NCBI GenBank assembly: GCA_913030895.1
Contig: CAJWGK010000001.1
Span: 11,138 to 75,137, forward strand
Source of the DNA: an uncultured Flavobacteriaceae bacterium
GTDB lineage: Bacteria; Bacteroidota; Bacteroidia; Flavobacteriales; Flavobacteriaceae
Reading direction: 5' to 3'
DNA: 64,000 nucleotides
The position numbers and the translations under genes were made by a program. Positions 47,423 through 57,448 of the stretch are shown in pieces. The first letter of the stretch is position 1. The number at the start of each line of letters is the position of its first letter. Under the pieces are notes generated by a model, which worked only from the letters and a program-made list of their open reading frames with translations, had not been told where the DNA came from and did not search any database.

Positions 47423-47451
47423 TTTGCTCTTAAACTAAAAAACTATATTTG
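47423..47451 (+). promoter_or_regulatory. Candidate alaS promoter (-33 TTTG at 47423-47426; -7 TATATTTG at 47444-47451)
   Basis: Both Bacteroidota sigma-A elements are present with a 17-nt spacer. The -7 box is 29 nt upstream of the alaS ATG. Confidence 0.45.
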
Positions 47452-47479
47452 TACCGGTTTTAAAACATCGAAGCCATTT

Positions 47480-50089
47480 ATGAAAGCTGCTGAAATAAGA
47501 AAACAATTTCTTCAATTTTTTGAATCTAAAGCCCATGCGATTGTCCCCTCCGCACCAATGGTAATAAAAGATGATCCAACGCTAATGTTCACTAATGCGG
47601 GGATGAATCAATTTAAACCTTATTTTTTGGGTCATCAAAAACCAAAAAATACTCGTATTGCTGATACCCAAAAATGTCTCAGAGTTTCAGGAAAACACAA
47701 TGACCTAGAAGAAGTTGGTATTGACACTTATCACCACACTTTTTTCGAAATGTTGGGCAATTGGAGTTTTGGAGATTACTTCAAAAAAGAAGCCATTTCT
47801 TGGGCTTGGGAATTATTGACCGATGTCTACAAAATCAATCCAGATAAATTATATGTCACCATTTTTGAGGGTGATCCCAATGAAAACCTTGCCAGAGATA
47901 ATGAGGCCTATGAATTTTGGAAATCCCTAGTGCCAGAGGATAGGATATTATTAGGGAATAAAAAAGATAATTTCTGGGAAATGGGAGAGCAAGGTCCTTG
48001 TGGTCCCTGTTCAGAAATTCATATTGACATCAGAACACCAGAGGAACAAGCCAAAACCCCTGGAGCTGATTTAGTCAACAATGATCACCCACAAGTCGTT
48101 GAGGTATGGAATCTTGTATTCATAGAGTTCAACCGAAAGGCAGACGGTAGTCTAGAACAATTACCTCAGAAACATGTGGACACTGGTATGGGATTCGAAA
48201 GACTTTGCATGGCTTTGCAAGGTAAAACCTCTAATTATGATACGGACGTTTTTACTCCATTAATCAAAGAAATTGAAACCCTCACAGGATCAAAATACGG
48301 TTTTGATGAAAATACAGATCGCGCCATTCGTGTGATTTCAGATCACCTGCGCACCGTATATTTTGCAATCGCAGATGGGCAATTACCAGCCAACAATGGT
48401 GCAGGCTATGTAATTCGTAGAATACTTAGAAGAGCGATTCGATATGGATTTACTTTTTTAGATCAAAAAGAACCTTTTATCTTTCATTTAGTCGAAACCC
48501 TCAACCAGCAATTAAACTCAGTTTTTCCCGAGTTAGAAAAACAAAAAAGCATTTCTTCGAATGTCATACGTGAGGAAGAAAGTTCTTTCCTTAAGACACT
48601 AGATCAGGGTTTGAACCTACTGGATTCCTTACTAGCGGCCTCCCAAAATAAAATCGTAAGTGGAGCGAAGGCATTTGAATTATACGACACCTTTGGATTT
48701 CCTTTAGACCTGACGGCTTTAATTGCAAGAGAAAGAGGGTTTGAAATCGATGAAAAAGGATTTGATCTTGAGATGGCCAAGCAAAAAGAGCGATCTCGAG
48801 CAGCTGCTGTTTCCGTCACTGATGATTGGCAAATAGTTGCTGAGGATGACGAAGAAGAATTTGTAGGATATGATTTACTTTCTACTCCCGTTAAAATCAC
48901 AAAATACCGGAAAGTAAATACCAAAAAAGAAGGAGCGTTTTTTCAATTAGTATTCAATATGACCCCTTTTTACCCAGAGAGTGGTGGACAGGTAGGGGAC
49001 AAAGGTTATCTCGAAGCCCCAAATGGAGCTATTCACTACATCGTTGATACCAAAAAGGAAAATGATCTTATCATTCACTATTCTCAAACACTACCAATTG
49101 ACTTAAATCAAAAATTCAATGCTGTAGTAGATCAAAATCAAAGACATAAAACTGCCTGTAACCATAGTGCAACTCATTTGATGCACCAAGCCCTCCGTTC
49201 TGTATTAGGGGAGCATGTCGAGCAAAAAGGATCTATGGTACATTCTGGGATGTTAAGATTTGACTTTTCTCACTTTGCAAAACTCACTGCTGAGGAAATC
49301 ATAAGCGTTGAGCAATTTGTAAATGCAAGAATAAAAGAACAACTCCCTCTGGAGGAAAACCGAAGTGTTCCATTCAACCAGGCAATTGCTTCAGGGGCAA
49401 TGGCCTTGTTTGGTGAAAAATATGGCGATACGGTTAGAACCATTCGTTTTGGTCAATCGATAGAGCTTTGCGGAGGAACTCATGTGGAAAATACTGCAGA
49501 TATTTGGCACTTTAAGATTTCCTCTGAAGCCGCAGTTGCAGCAGGAATCAGAAGAATAGAAGCCATTACCGGAGAAGCAGCCTTAGCTTATTTTGAAGAC
49601 CGAAGTCAACTCTTAGACCGGGTCAATGGACTTTTAAAAAACCCTCAAAATCTTCCCAAAGCCATTGAGCAACTTCAGGGAGAAAACAATATTCTAAAAA
49701 AGGAAATCAATGAGCTAAAACGGTTAAAAAGTAAAATTTTAGCCGAAGAAATTAAAACAGAAATTCAAGAAGTTAGCGGCGTTGCCTTTTTGGCAAAATC
49801 TGTCGATCTAGATGCCCAGTCAATGAAAGATATCAGTTTTGAATTAGGAAAAACCTATGAAAATCTATTTATGCTTTTGGGTTCATCACAAGGTGGTAAA
49901 GCTATTCTTAGTTGCTATATCTCCAAATCATTGGTGAGTGAAAAATCGCTTGATGCAGGAAAGGTAGTTCGTGAATTAGGAAAATTTATTCAAGGAGGCG
50001 GTGGAGGTCAACCCTTTTTCGCCACAGCAGGTGGGAAAAACCCCGAGGGTATTCCACAAGCTTTAAGTGCCTCTAAGGAACTTATTTAG
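47480..50089 (+). CDS. alaS: Alanine--tRNA ligase
   Basis: 'FFESKAH..VPS', '[10 protein letters not shown]', '[18 protein letters not shown]', editing-domain 'HSATHLMH...CGGTH', and C-terminal 'GGGGQP'. Confidence 0.98.
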   Translation: MKAAEIRKQFLQFFESKAHAIVPSAPMVIKDDPTLMFTNAGMNQFKPYFLGHQKPKNTRIADTQKCLRVSGKHNDLEEVGIDTYHHTFFEMLGNWSFGDYFKKEAISWAWELLTDVYKINPDKLYVTIFEGDPNENLARDNEAYEFWKSLVPEDRILLGNKKDNFWEMGEQGPCGPCSEIHIDIRTPEEQAKTPGADLVNNDHPQVVEVWNLVFIEFNRKADGSLEQLPQKHVDTGMGFERLCMALQGKTSNYDTDVFTPLIKEIETLTGSKYGFDENTDRAIRVISDHLRTVYFAIADGQLPANNGAGYVIRRILRRAIRYGFTFLDQKEPFIFHLVETLNQQLNSVFPELEKQKSISSNVIREEESSFLKTLDQGLNLLDSLLAASQNKIVSGAKAFELYDTFGFPLDLTALIARERGFEIDEKGFDLEMAKQKERSRAAAVSVTDDWQIVAEDDEEEFVGYDLLSTPVKITKYRKVNTKKEGAFFQLVFNMTPFYPESGGQVGDKGYLEAPNGAIHYIVDTKKENDLIIHYSQTLPIDLNQKFNAVVDQNQRHKTACNHSATHLMHQALRSVLGEHVEQKGSMVHSGMLRFDFSHFAKLTAEEIISVEQFVNARIKEQLPLEENRSVPFNQAIASGAMALFGEKYGDTVRTIRFGQSIELCGGTHVENTADIWHFKISSEAAVAAGIRRIEAITGEAALAYFEDRSQLLDRVNGLLKNPQNLPKAIEQLQGENNILKKEINELKRLKSKILAEEIKTEIQEVSGVAFLAKSVDLDAQSMKDISFELGKTYENLFMLLGSSQGGKAILSCYISKSLVSEKSLDAGKVVRELGKFIQGGGGGQPFFATAGGKNPEGIPQALSASKELI

Positions 50090-50091
50090 GA

Positions 50092-50613
50092 TTACATTTC
50101 CCCTTCTGGCGGGTAATTTTGTAGAATTTCGGCAACAAAGGTTCCAATCCGCTCATCACGATTTTTAGTGTATTCACTTATACCACCTTTACCTTTTCCT
50201 TGCCACACCAATTGTTTTGTTTTGGCATCAATTAAATCTATATACAATGCCCCCTCAGTTCGAGAACTCACACTATTGAAGCTAGGTCCCCAAAACCAAG
50301 GATTCCATCCCCAGCCCCAAAAGCCACTATTCATGTTGTCAATGTAGACCTTTTCTTTTGCTGTGGTATTGATACTGATTAAAAGGTCTGGCATTTCAGA
50401 CTTTATCATTGATTTACCAGACAGCTGATTATCAATCGCCTTTAGAATCCTTCGCTTGTCTAAATCGGAAATTTCCACTTTGTCAATTCCAGGTTTAAAA
50501 TAAGCATAGGTTTTGTATTTTGAAAAATCAACTCCAGAATCATGGTCTGTAAAAACACTGACAGAGCTACAGCTAAATAGCATCCCTAGCAATAATAAAA
50601 ATATATTTCTCAT
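50092..50613 (-). CDS. DUF4136-like lipoprotein
   Basis: Lipobox 'LGMLFSCSS'. 'DFSKYKTYAYF' and 'LYIDLIDAKTKQLVWQG' resemble the DUF4136 pattern as I recall it. Confidence 0.55.
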   Translation of the reverse strand: MRNIFLLLLGMLFSCSSVSVFTDHDSGVDFSKYKTYAYFKPGIDKVEISDLDKRRILKAIDNQLSGKSMIKSEMPDLLISINTTAKEKVYIDNMNSGFWGWGWNPWFWGPSFNSVSSRTEGALYIDLIDAKTKQLVWQGKGKGGISEYTKNRDERIGTFVAEILQNYPPEGEM

Positions 50614-50652
50614 GATGATTTTTATAAAACAGGTGCAAAAACTATGCCGAAA

Positions 50653-50808
50653 CTATTTTTCAGTTTTGGGGTCGAATCCGTAAGGACAGTGACGACAATT
50701 ACTGCGACAACAATATCCCCTCTTAAGGTGGTATTGCTCTGTAAATACTCGGTAACCTTCTGGGGATAAGTAGAAATCTTCTTTCTCTAATGGTAGGTCT
50801 GACTCCAT
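50653..50808 (-). CDS. Cysteine-rich mini-protein (51 aa), DUF5522-like; below the ORF-track cut-off
   Basis: Hand translation: 'MESDLPLEKEDFYLSPEGYRVFTEQYHLKRGYCCRSNCRHCPYGFDPKTEK*'. 'GYCCxxxCRHCPY' is the family motif as I recall it. Confidence 0.65.
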   Translation of the reverse strand: MESDLPLEKEDFYLSPEGYRVFTEQYHLKRGYCCRSNCRHCPYGFDPKTEK

Positions 50809-50847
50809 ATTTAAATTCAAAGGTAATTATATTTCAAGTTTATCCCT

Positions 50848-50855
50848 TAATTTTG
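50848..50855 (+). promoter_or_regulatory. Candidate -7 promoter box (TAATTTTG) for the ACC-deaminase-family gene
   Basis: TAnnTTTG match 21 nt upstream of the ATG at 50876. Confidence 0.4.
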
Positions 50856-50875
50856 GTAAGTACATCTTTTCCAAA

Positions 50876-51775
50876 ATGCCTTTATTTCAAAATCAAAAAG
50901 CCGTAAATCAGAAACTAGTTGACATAGATGGCTTCGAGATTACCCTTAAAAGGGAGGATTTATTACACCCCACGGTTTCGGGTAATAAATTCAGAAAATT
51001 GAAATACAATTTAAAACAGGCTAAAACAGAAGGACATCATACACTTTTGACTTTTGGAGGGGCATTTTCGAATCACCTTGCTGCTACTGCTTCTGCGGGT
51101 AGAATTCAAGGATTTAAGACCATAGGTGTGGTAAGGGGAGATGAAAAAGTTCAAAACCCCACCTTACAATTTTGCCAAGACCAAGGCATGAATTTATTCC
51201 CAATTAGCAGAGCGACTTATCGCGAAAAAGATACGGTTCATTTCCATGAGACTTTAAAACAGAAATTTGGAGATTTTTATTCCCTTCCAGAAGGAGGAAC
51301 AAATCAAATTGCTGTTCGTGGTTGTACTGAAATTCTTACAGCAGCTGATAAATATTTTGACGTAATTTGTTGCAGTGTTGGAACAGGAGGTACCTTAGCT
51401 GGATTAATCGAAAGTGCCCAGTCGCATCAAATGGTATTGGGTTTTACCGCCCTTGAGCATCAAAAGATAACACGAGAAATTGAGCGGTTTACCTCAAAAA
51501 AAAACTGGGAGATCAATCACGACTATGTGTTTGGTGGGTATGCCAAAGTTTCTTTACCATTGATTAAATTCATTAATGATTTTAATAAAAACTTTAAAAC
51601 TCCTCTTGACCCCATTTATACTGGAAAGCTACTTTTTGGTATTTTTGATATGATAAAACAAAAGCAATGGAATTGGGGGAAACGCATATTGGTAATTCAT
51701 ACTGGTGGCTTGCAGGGAATTGCCGGAATGAACCAAACACTAAGTAAAAAAGAATGGCCGAAAATCCAAGTTTAA
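50876..51775 (+). CDS. PLP-dependent ACC deaminase / D-cysteine desulfhydrase family protein
   Basis: 'VSGNKFRKLKYNL' carries the PLP lysine motif of this family. 'CSVGTGGTLAGL' is the glycine loop. Confidence 0.75.
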   Translation: MPLFQNQKAVNQKLVDIDGFEITLKREDLLHPTVSGNKFRKLKYNLKQAKTEGHHTLLTFGGAFSNHLAATASAGRIQGFKTIGVVRGDEKVQNPTLQFCQDQGMNLFPISRATYREKDTVHFHETLKQKFGDFYSLPEGGTNQIAVRGCTEILTAADKYFDVICCSVGTGGTLAGLIESAQSHQMVLGFTALEHQKITREIERFTSKKNWEINHDYVFGGYAKVSLPLIKFINDFNKNFKTPLDPIYTGKLLFGIFDMIKQKQWNWGKRILVIHTGGLQGIAGMNQTLSKKEWPKIQV

Positions 51776-52587
51776 ATACCGTTTTTATAGTACTACTAAT
51801 GTTCGCATTGACTGGCTGTGGAGGGGCAAAAAAAGTCACTACCCGCTATACCAAAGCACCAGAGAAGGTTTTAAAAAAACAGGTAGACAAGCAAATTAAG
51901 GTAGAATTTAAAAAATACAAGTCTACAAAAAAACTAAGTGTTGCTGAAAAGGTCAACAATTATGTAGCCACTTTCTCTCCCGTGGCGCTTGAGGAAATGA
52001 AAGCCTACGATATCCCCGCAAGTATCACCCTGGCGCAGGGAATATTAGAGTCTGGTATGGGCGACAGTCGTTTGGCAGTAGCTGCCAACAATCACTTTGG
52101 TATTAAATGCCACAGCGAGTGGGGTGGAAAACGGATTTACCACGATGACGATGAGAAAGGAGAGTGTTTCCGAGTTTACAAAGACCCGAGAGCCTCCTAT
52201 CGTGATCATTCACTATTCTTGACTACCCGTTCCCGTTACGATTTTCTTTTTGACCTCAAATCAGACGATTATAAAGGATGGGCAAAAGGGTTGAAGAAAG
52301 CCGGTTATGCCACCGATCCCAAATACCCCGATAAGTTGATTAGCTTAATTGAACGTTATCGGTTAGACCGTTATGATTCTAAGAAAAAAAGGAAACGTCA
52401 AAACGATCCTCCTGAAGTTGTGCAGCAACCTGTAACTAAAAAATTACATCTCGTTCAAAAAGGCGATACGCTCTATTCCATTTCCAAAAAATATAATGTA
52501 GATATGAAATCATTGGTTCAAGAAAACCAGCTTGAAGACAATACCATTTTTTTAAATCAAAATTTAATTATCCCACTATCCAACTAG
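51754..52587 (+). CDS. Lipoprotein N-acetylglucosaminidase (GH73-like) with C-terminal LysM domain
   Basis: Lipobox 'FALTGCGG'. '[13 protein letters not shown]', 'NNHFGIKC' and '[18 protein letters not shown]' are present. The LysM domain is '[18 protein letters not shown]'. Confidence 0.82.
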   Translation: MAENPSLNTVFIVLLMFALTGCGGAKKVTTRYTKAPEKVLKKQVDKQIKVEFKKYKSTKKLSVAEKVNNYVATFSPVALEEMKAYDIPASITLAQGILESGMGDSRLAVAANNHFGIKCHSEWGGKRIYHDDDEKGECFRVYKDPRASYRDHSLFLTTRSRYDFLFDLKSDDYKGWAKGLKKAGYATDPKYPDKLISLIERYRLDRYDSKKKRKRQNDPPEVVQQPVTKKLHLVQKGDTLYSISKKYNVDMKSLVQENQLEDNTIFLNQNLIIPLSN

Positions 52588-52588
52588 T

Positions 52589-53881
52589 ATGCGATACCAA
52601 AGAAGCAGTGCTCTATTTAAATCCGCCCAAAGGGTTATTCCAGGCGGGGTAAACTCACCAGTTAGAGCTTTTAAGGCCGTTGGTGGTACTCCAGTTTTTG
52701 TAGAAAAGGCCAAAGGAGCCTATTTGTATGATGTGGATGGGAATACTTTGATTGATTATATCTCAAGTTGGGGCCCTATGATTCTAGGACACGCCTTTGA
52801 ACCCGTTATTGAGGCAGTAAAACTGCGTGCAGAAAGCGGAACCTCCTATGGTATGCCCACTGAGTTGGAAACCCAGATAGCTGAGTTGGCAGTACAAATG
52901 GTTCCCAATGTTGATAAAATTAGAATGGTCAATTCAGGAACAGAAGCTTGTATGAGTGCCGTTAGATTGGCACGAGGATATACCCAAAGAGAAAAAATTA
53001 TCAAGTTTGCTGGTTGTTACCACGGGCATTCCGATGCCTTTTTGATTCAAGCAGGAAGTGGTGCCGTTACCTTTGGGGCACCCAACAGCCCTGGAGTAAC
53101 ACAAGGTACTGCTAAAGACACCCTATTAGCAGAGTACAATGACTTGGAACTTGTAAGCAATCATTTTGAACAACATCCTGAGCAAATTGCCGCCATCATC
53201 GTTGAGCCAGTTGCAGGAAATATGGGCTGTATTCCTCCACAAGATGGATTTATGCAGGGATTACGAAAATTGTGTGACCAGCACCAAGCCCTATTAATTT
53301 TCGATGAAGTAATGACTGGTTTTCGATTGGCTAAAGGAGGCGCTCAAGAAAGTTTGGGCGTGACTGCCGACCTTATAACTTATGGTAAAGTTTTGGGTGG
53401 TGGGTTACCCGTAGGAGCTTTTGCTGCCAAGGCAGAAATCATGAATCATCTCGCTCCTGAAGGGCCCGTATATCAAGCAGGTACACTCAGTGGTAATCCA
53501 CTTGCAATGGCAGCTGGTTTGGCCATGCTTACTCACCTCAATGAAAACCCCGAGGTTTTTGACCGACTTGCAAAAAAAACTAAATCCATAGCGCTGGGTA
53601 TGAAAAACCTCTTGGTCAAAAAAGGTATTCCTTATCAAATCAATCGTTATGGTTCGATGATGTCACTACATTTTACAGATCAAGCTGTAGTAGATTTTAA
53701 AACGGCTGCATTGGGAAATAACGAAAATTTTAAAGCCTATTTCCACGGTATGTTGGATAGAGGGGTATACCTGCCTCCCAGTGCTTTCGAAAGCTACTTT
53801 TTAAATGATGCTTTGTCCGAAAAAGACATCGATTTTACCTTATCGGCATTTGAGGATTGGTTAATAAATAAAAAATCTTAA
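52589..53881 (+). CDS. hemL: Glutamate-1-semialdehyde 2,1-aminomutase
   Basis: '[12 protein letters not shown]', 'FDEVMTGFR', and '[15 protein letters not shown]' with the PLP lysine. Confidence 0.96.
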   Translation: MRYQRSSALFKSAQRVIPGGVNSPVRAFKAVGGTPVFVEKAKGAYLYDVDGNTLIDYISSWGPMILGHAFEPVIEAVKLRAESGTSYGMPTELETQIAELAVQMVPNVDKIRMVNSGTEACMSAVRLARGYTQREKIIKFAGCYHGHSDAFLIQAGSGAVTFGAPNSPGVTQGTAKDTLLAEYNDLELVSNHFEQHPEQIAAIIVEPVAGNMGCIPPQDGFMQGLRKLCDQHQALLIFDEVMTGFRLAKGGAQESLGVTADLITYGKVLGGGLPVGAFAAKAEIMNHLAPEGPVYQAGTLSGNPLAMAAGLAMLTHLNENPEVFDRLAKKTKSIALGMKNLLVKKGIPYQINRYGSMMSLHFTDQAVVDFKTAALGNNENFKAYFHGMLDRGVYLPPSAFESYFLNDALSEKDIDFTLSAFEDWLINKKS

Positions 53882-54044
53882 GCAATTTTTTATTCAGACT
53901 GGAATAAAAATATCATCAAAGTCAACCATACCTTAATGATTTTATAGACCGTTTGTCTTGGATGATATGTCCCTCTGAGTTAAAGGTATTTTTTCATTTA
54001 ATGCTTAGTAATCATTAAACGATTTGAATACCATGTTATTGTTT

Positions 54045-54731
54045 TTATTTTAAGTCAATAAACCAAAAACCTATTTGCTTATCTTTTTTACTATTAGGTT
54101 TTTTGTATTCTCTTAAGACTTTTTCACCTAACTCAAATCCTACAGGTTTTTTAAAAATGGGTCCATCATAACAAAACGTATTGTACTCTCCATTTTCACC
54201 GCATGGGTCTACGTTGTCTGGTAAATCTTCGAGAAAAGTGGAATCGAGTTTTCTTCCTAAAAAAGAAGGATCAAGTAGCTCATTATTTAAACAGACAACT
54301 ACCGCTTTAAATCCCAGGGCAATAAATTCAAGAAGCAATGCTTTGGTATCTTTTTTCCAAAGAGGGAAGTGACAAGTGATACCTTGAAGTTGCTTCTCGC
54401 GATATGCCCTTAAATTTTCCAAAAAAATATCGCCAAAACCACAATCAGTATAGCCGTCCTTTTTTAGCTGATCGACCTTTGTAGTCATTAACGTACCATA
54501 TTCTTTCATTGAGGGCTGTTCAGGTAATTCAATTGTACTTAAAGGAAGTCCTAAAAAATCAATTTGTTTTTTTAATAAACTTCTTCTTAATCCATGCATG
54601 GATACACGATCATGGGTGGCATTCACAGTGGTGAGTAATTGGTCAATATTGAGCTTCTTGTTTTTTTGAAGGTAGTAGAGTGCAAGGGCAGAATCTTTAT
54701 CAGTGCTCCAATTAAAGTAGGTTTTAGTCAT
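54045..54731 (-). CDS. Dph6-related / MJ0570-type adenine-nucleotide alpha-hydrolase family protein with atypical PP-loop
   Basis: Overall pattern matches ('FGDIFLENLRAYRE', 'PLWKKDT', 'DPCGENGEYNTF'). The N-terminal 'WSTDKDS' sits where SGGKDS is expected. Confidence 0.55.
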   Translation of the reverse strand: MTKTYFNWSTDKDSALALYYLQKNKKLNIDQLLTTVNATHDRVSMHGLRRSLLKKQIDFLGLPLSTIELPEQPSMKEYGTLMTTKVDQLKKDGYTDCGFGDIFLENLRAYREKQLQGITCHFPLWKKDTKALLLEFIALGFKAVVVCLNNELLDPSFLGRKLDSTFLEDLPDNVDPCGENGEYNTFCYDGPIFKKPVGFELGEKVLREYKKPNSKKDKQIGFWFIDLK

Positions 54732-55084
54732 AGATTTATAATTATTTCAATTGAGTGTCGACAGTATTTGGTTGGCTGTTATATACTTAGTGGGTAATTA
54801 TGCTGGGGCTTTATAGACTTTAATCTACTTCCACATGAAGATTCAGGTGATTTATTTAACTTCTCTTTAAAAGCAATTGCACGATAAAGCTATATTGTTG
54901 ATGAAAGTCGTTAGAAACTAATTCTAGGTTTTTCATTTTGTAAAATTTAGGTGAAATAAAGCTATGAATTATTTCCGGATGACTTCATTTTTAATACTTT
55001 TTTCTATTAGTGATAGAGGTAAAAAATGTTAATCAACTTTAAAATTATTTGCTACATAATTATAAATAATCAAATCCTTAAAAT

Positions 55085-55123
55085 AAAAAAACCACTACTG
55101 TTTGAGTAACAGAAGTGGTTTTT
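55085..55123 (-). terminator. Intrinsic terminator after the LTXXQ-motif gene (bidirectional architecture)
   Basis: 11-bp stem with one mismatch (CCACTACTGTT/AACAGAAGTGG). Flanked by A7 and T5 tracts. Confidence 0.75.
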
Positions 55124-55140
55124 AACTTAATTAGAGTTTT

Positions 55141-55581
55141 TTACTCTCTTCTCCGAGGAGGTCTTTCCTTTTTCATAGCACCATTTTTCCCCATTCTATT
55201 TCTACTTTGTTCAAAGGCCATTCGCCTGTTCTTACCTCTTGATTTCTGCCATTTTTCATACTGATCGGTATCTAAAATCGATTTTAATTGTTCCTGCATC
55301 GCTGCTTGCATTTCCAAGAAGTGAAGTTTTCTATCATATTCTGAAAGCTTTTCTGATTTGGCTTTTTCTCGATGGGCTTTTATTGCTTCCATCTGGCCTT
55401 CCAAGCTTGCCTTGACTTTTTCTTCTTGGGCATCGGTCAGATCCAATTGCAATCGCATTTTTTTGGCTTGAAGAATAGCAAGCTGTTCGGGGTTCATTTT
55501 TTCTTGCTTAGCATGCATTGGTGGTTGTGCCAATAAAGTAAGGGGCAAAGTAAGCATTAGAGTAATAATTATTTTTTTCAT
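55141..55581 (-). CDS. Periplasmic Spy/CpxP-like (LTXXQ-motif) helical protein
   Basis: Signal peptide 'MKKIIITLMLTLPLTLLAQ'. Contains the 'LTDAQ' motif. The rest is all-helical, Lys/Glu/Gln-rich sequence with a basic tail. Confidence 0.45.
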   Translation of the reverse strand: MKKIIITLMLTLPLTLLAQPPMHAKQEKMNPEQLAILQAKKMRLQLDLTDAQEEKVKASLEGQMEAIKAHREKAKSEKLSEYDRKLHFLEMQAAMQEQLKSILDTDQYEKWQKSRGKNRRMAFEQSRNRMGKNGAMKKERPPRRRE

Positions 55582-55670
55582 AGTATAAATTTTTGATTAC
55601 ACTAATGAGATGCTAAGCTAACTAAGAGGTTTAATGCTTTAAGAAAACTTTAGGATTTTTGGGGAGCGAA

Positions 55671-57365
55671 TTAGCCGACCAGTGCCACCCAGATTCCTTG
55701 ATCATCTTTGGAGACTTTGGCGAGCTTATTTTGAGTGAGGTCCTTGATTGCTTTGTCCCATTTTTTATTGCTAAGCTGTGCTTGTTCTTTTAATAATGGA
55801 AGCGCAATGGGGCTTTCTTTCTTTAGCAGATCAAAAATCAATTTTTCCTCATCTGAGAGAGCAATCGCTTTTTTCTCAGGTTTCATTTGCGGGAAAAATA
55901 GTACTTCTTGAATAGAGCTGTTATTGGTTAATAGCATGGTGAGCCGGTCAATTCCAATTCCAATACCAGAAGTAGGCGGCATACCATATTCAAGCGCTCG
56001 AAGAAAATCTTGGTCGATAAACATCGCTTCATCATCCCCCTTTTCGCTCAGGGTCAATTGGGCTTCAAAACGTTCTCTTTGGTCAATCGGGTCATTAAGT
56101 TCCGAATAGGCATTCGCCAATTCCTTTCCATTGACCATCAGCTCAAAGCGTTCCGTTAGTTTTGGGTTACTTCGGTGTTCTTTAGTCAAGGGACTCATTG
56201 ACTTGGGATAGTCGATGATAAAAGTGGGTTGAATGTAATGATGTTCACATTTTTCTCCAAAAATTTCATCGATCAGCTTGCCTTCTCCCATCGTGTCGTC
56301 AACTTCAATTCCCAGTTCCTTTGCAGTTTCTCGTAATTTATCTTCATCCATTTCCGAAACATCAATTCCCGTATGGATTTTAATGGCTTCAAGGATGGGT
56401 ACCCTTGGGTATGGGGCTTTGAAATCAATAGTCTTCTCTCCAACCTGAACTGCAGAAGTATTGTGGGTATTTATGGCTACTTTTTCCAGTAAACGCTCTG
56501 TCATATCCATCATCCAGAAATAGTCTTTGTATGCCACGTAAAGTTCCATAACCGTGAACTCCGGGTTGTGTGTTCGATCCATTCCTTCATTTCGGAAGTC
56601 TTTAGCAAATTCATATACACCGTCAAAACCTCCTACGATCAAACGTTTTAAGTACAATTCATTTGCAATCCTCAAGTAAAGGGGAATATTTAGGGCATTA
56701 TGATGTGTTAAAAAAGGTCGTGCTGCTGCCCCGCCTGGTATAGGTTGTAGGATGGGGGTCTCTACTTCGAGATAATCCATTTCGTTAAAAAAACTACGGA
56801 TACTGTTGGTGATTTTCGTGCGCTTAACAAATGTATCTTTGACTTTTGGATTCACAATCAAATCCACATATCGCTGGCGATAACGTAACTCGGGATCATT
56901 GAACTCGTCGTAGACGTTGCCCTCGGCGTCTGTTTTCGGAAGCGGAAGGGGGCGTAGGGTTTTGTTAAGGATTTGAAATGATTTGACCATAACCGTTTTT
57001 TCTCCTACTTGAGTTGTAAAAAGCGTGCCTTCTAACCCAATAATATCTCCGATATCGAGTAATTTCTTATAGACTTCATTGTAAAGTGTTTTGTCTTCTC
57101 CTTCACAAATTTCATCGCGATTAAAATATAGTTGAATCCTCCCATTACTATCTTGTAATTCTGCAAAACTCGCCTTTCCCTGAATTCGTCTTGACATTAA
57201 TCGTCCTGCGATAACGACTTTTTTACCTTCATTAAAATTTTCTTTTATAGATGTCGAATCCGCATCTATGGGAAATAGTGCAGCAGGATAAGGATCAATA
57301 CCTAAGTCCCTTAGTGCCTGTAACTTTTCTCTTCTTACTCGTTCTTGCTCTGAAAGTTGCGTCAT
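55671..57365 (-). CDS. lysS: Lysine--tRNA ligase (class II) with ~65-aa C-terminal extension
   Basis: OB anticodon-binding domain, then motif 2 'FRNEGMDRTHNPEFTVMELY' and motif 3 'GIGIGIDRLTMLL'. Extra sequence follows 'FFPQMKP'. Confidence 0.96.
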   Translation of the reverse strand: MTQLSEQERVRREKLQALRDLGIDPYPAALFPIDADSTSIKENFNEGKKVVIAGRLMSRRIQGKASFAELQDSNGRIQLYFNRDEICEGEDKTLYNEVYKKLLDIGDIIGLEGTLFTTQVGEKTVMVKSFQILNKTLRPLPLPKTDAEGNVYDEFNDPELRYRQRYVDLIVNPKVKDTFVKRTKITNSIRSFFNEMDYLEVETPILQPIPGGAAARPFLTHHNALNIPLYLRIANELYLKRLIVGGFDGVYEFAKDFRNEGMDRTHNPEFTVMELYVAYKDYFWMMDMTERLLEKVAINTHNTSAVQVGEKTIDFKAPYPRVPILEAIKIHTGIDVSEMDEDKLRETAKELGIEVDDTMGEGKLIDEIFGEKCEHHYIQPTFIIDYPKSMSPLTKEHRSNPKLTERFELMVNGKELANAYSELNDPIDQRERFEAQLTLSEKGDDEAMFIDQDFLRALEYGMPPTSGIGIGIDRLTMLLTNNSSIQEVLFFPQMKPEKKAIALSDEEKLIFDLLKKESPIALPLLKEQAQLSNKKWDKAIKDLTQNKLAKVSKDDQGIWVALVG

Positions 57366-57383
57366 AAATCCTTAAGATTTGTG

Positions 57384-57391
57384 CAAAGATA
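57384..57391 (-). promoter_or_regulatory. Candidate -7 promoter box (TATCTTTG) for lysS
   Basis: Minus-strand TAnnTTTG match 19 nt upstream of the lysS ATG. It forms one arm of a 10-bp inverted repeat. Confidence 0.45.
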
Positions 57392-57423
57392 AACAGTCTC
57401 AAGCAATCGGGAATCAATTTTCC

Positions 57424-57431
57424 TATCTTTG
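57424..57431 (+). promoter_or_regulatory. Candidate -7 promoter box (TATCTTTG) for the pmp3-like/lipB pair
   Basis: TAnnTTTG match 17 nt upstream of the TTG start at 57449. It is the other arm of the inverted repeat. Confidence 0.45.
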
Positions 57432-57448
57432 CATAAAATGGGAGTCCA

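Noticed and set aside
53887-53910. AT-only hairpin TTTTTATTC-N6-GAATAAAAA after hemL as a terminator
   Set aside because: The stem is almost entirely A:T and has no following T-tract, so it is too weak to call as a feature.
54964-55032. 22-aa hydrophobic mini-ORF 'MNYFRMTSFLILFSISDRGKKC' in the 409-nt gap
   Set aside because: There is no family signature, no promoter-like box at a suitable distance, and it is easily produced by chance in AT-rich DNA. It is mentioned only under the gap finding.
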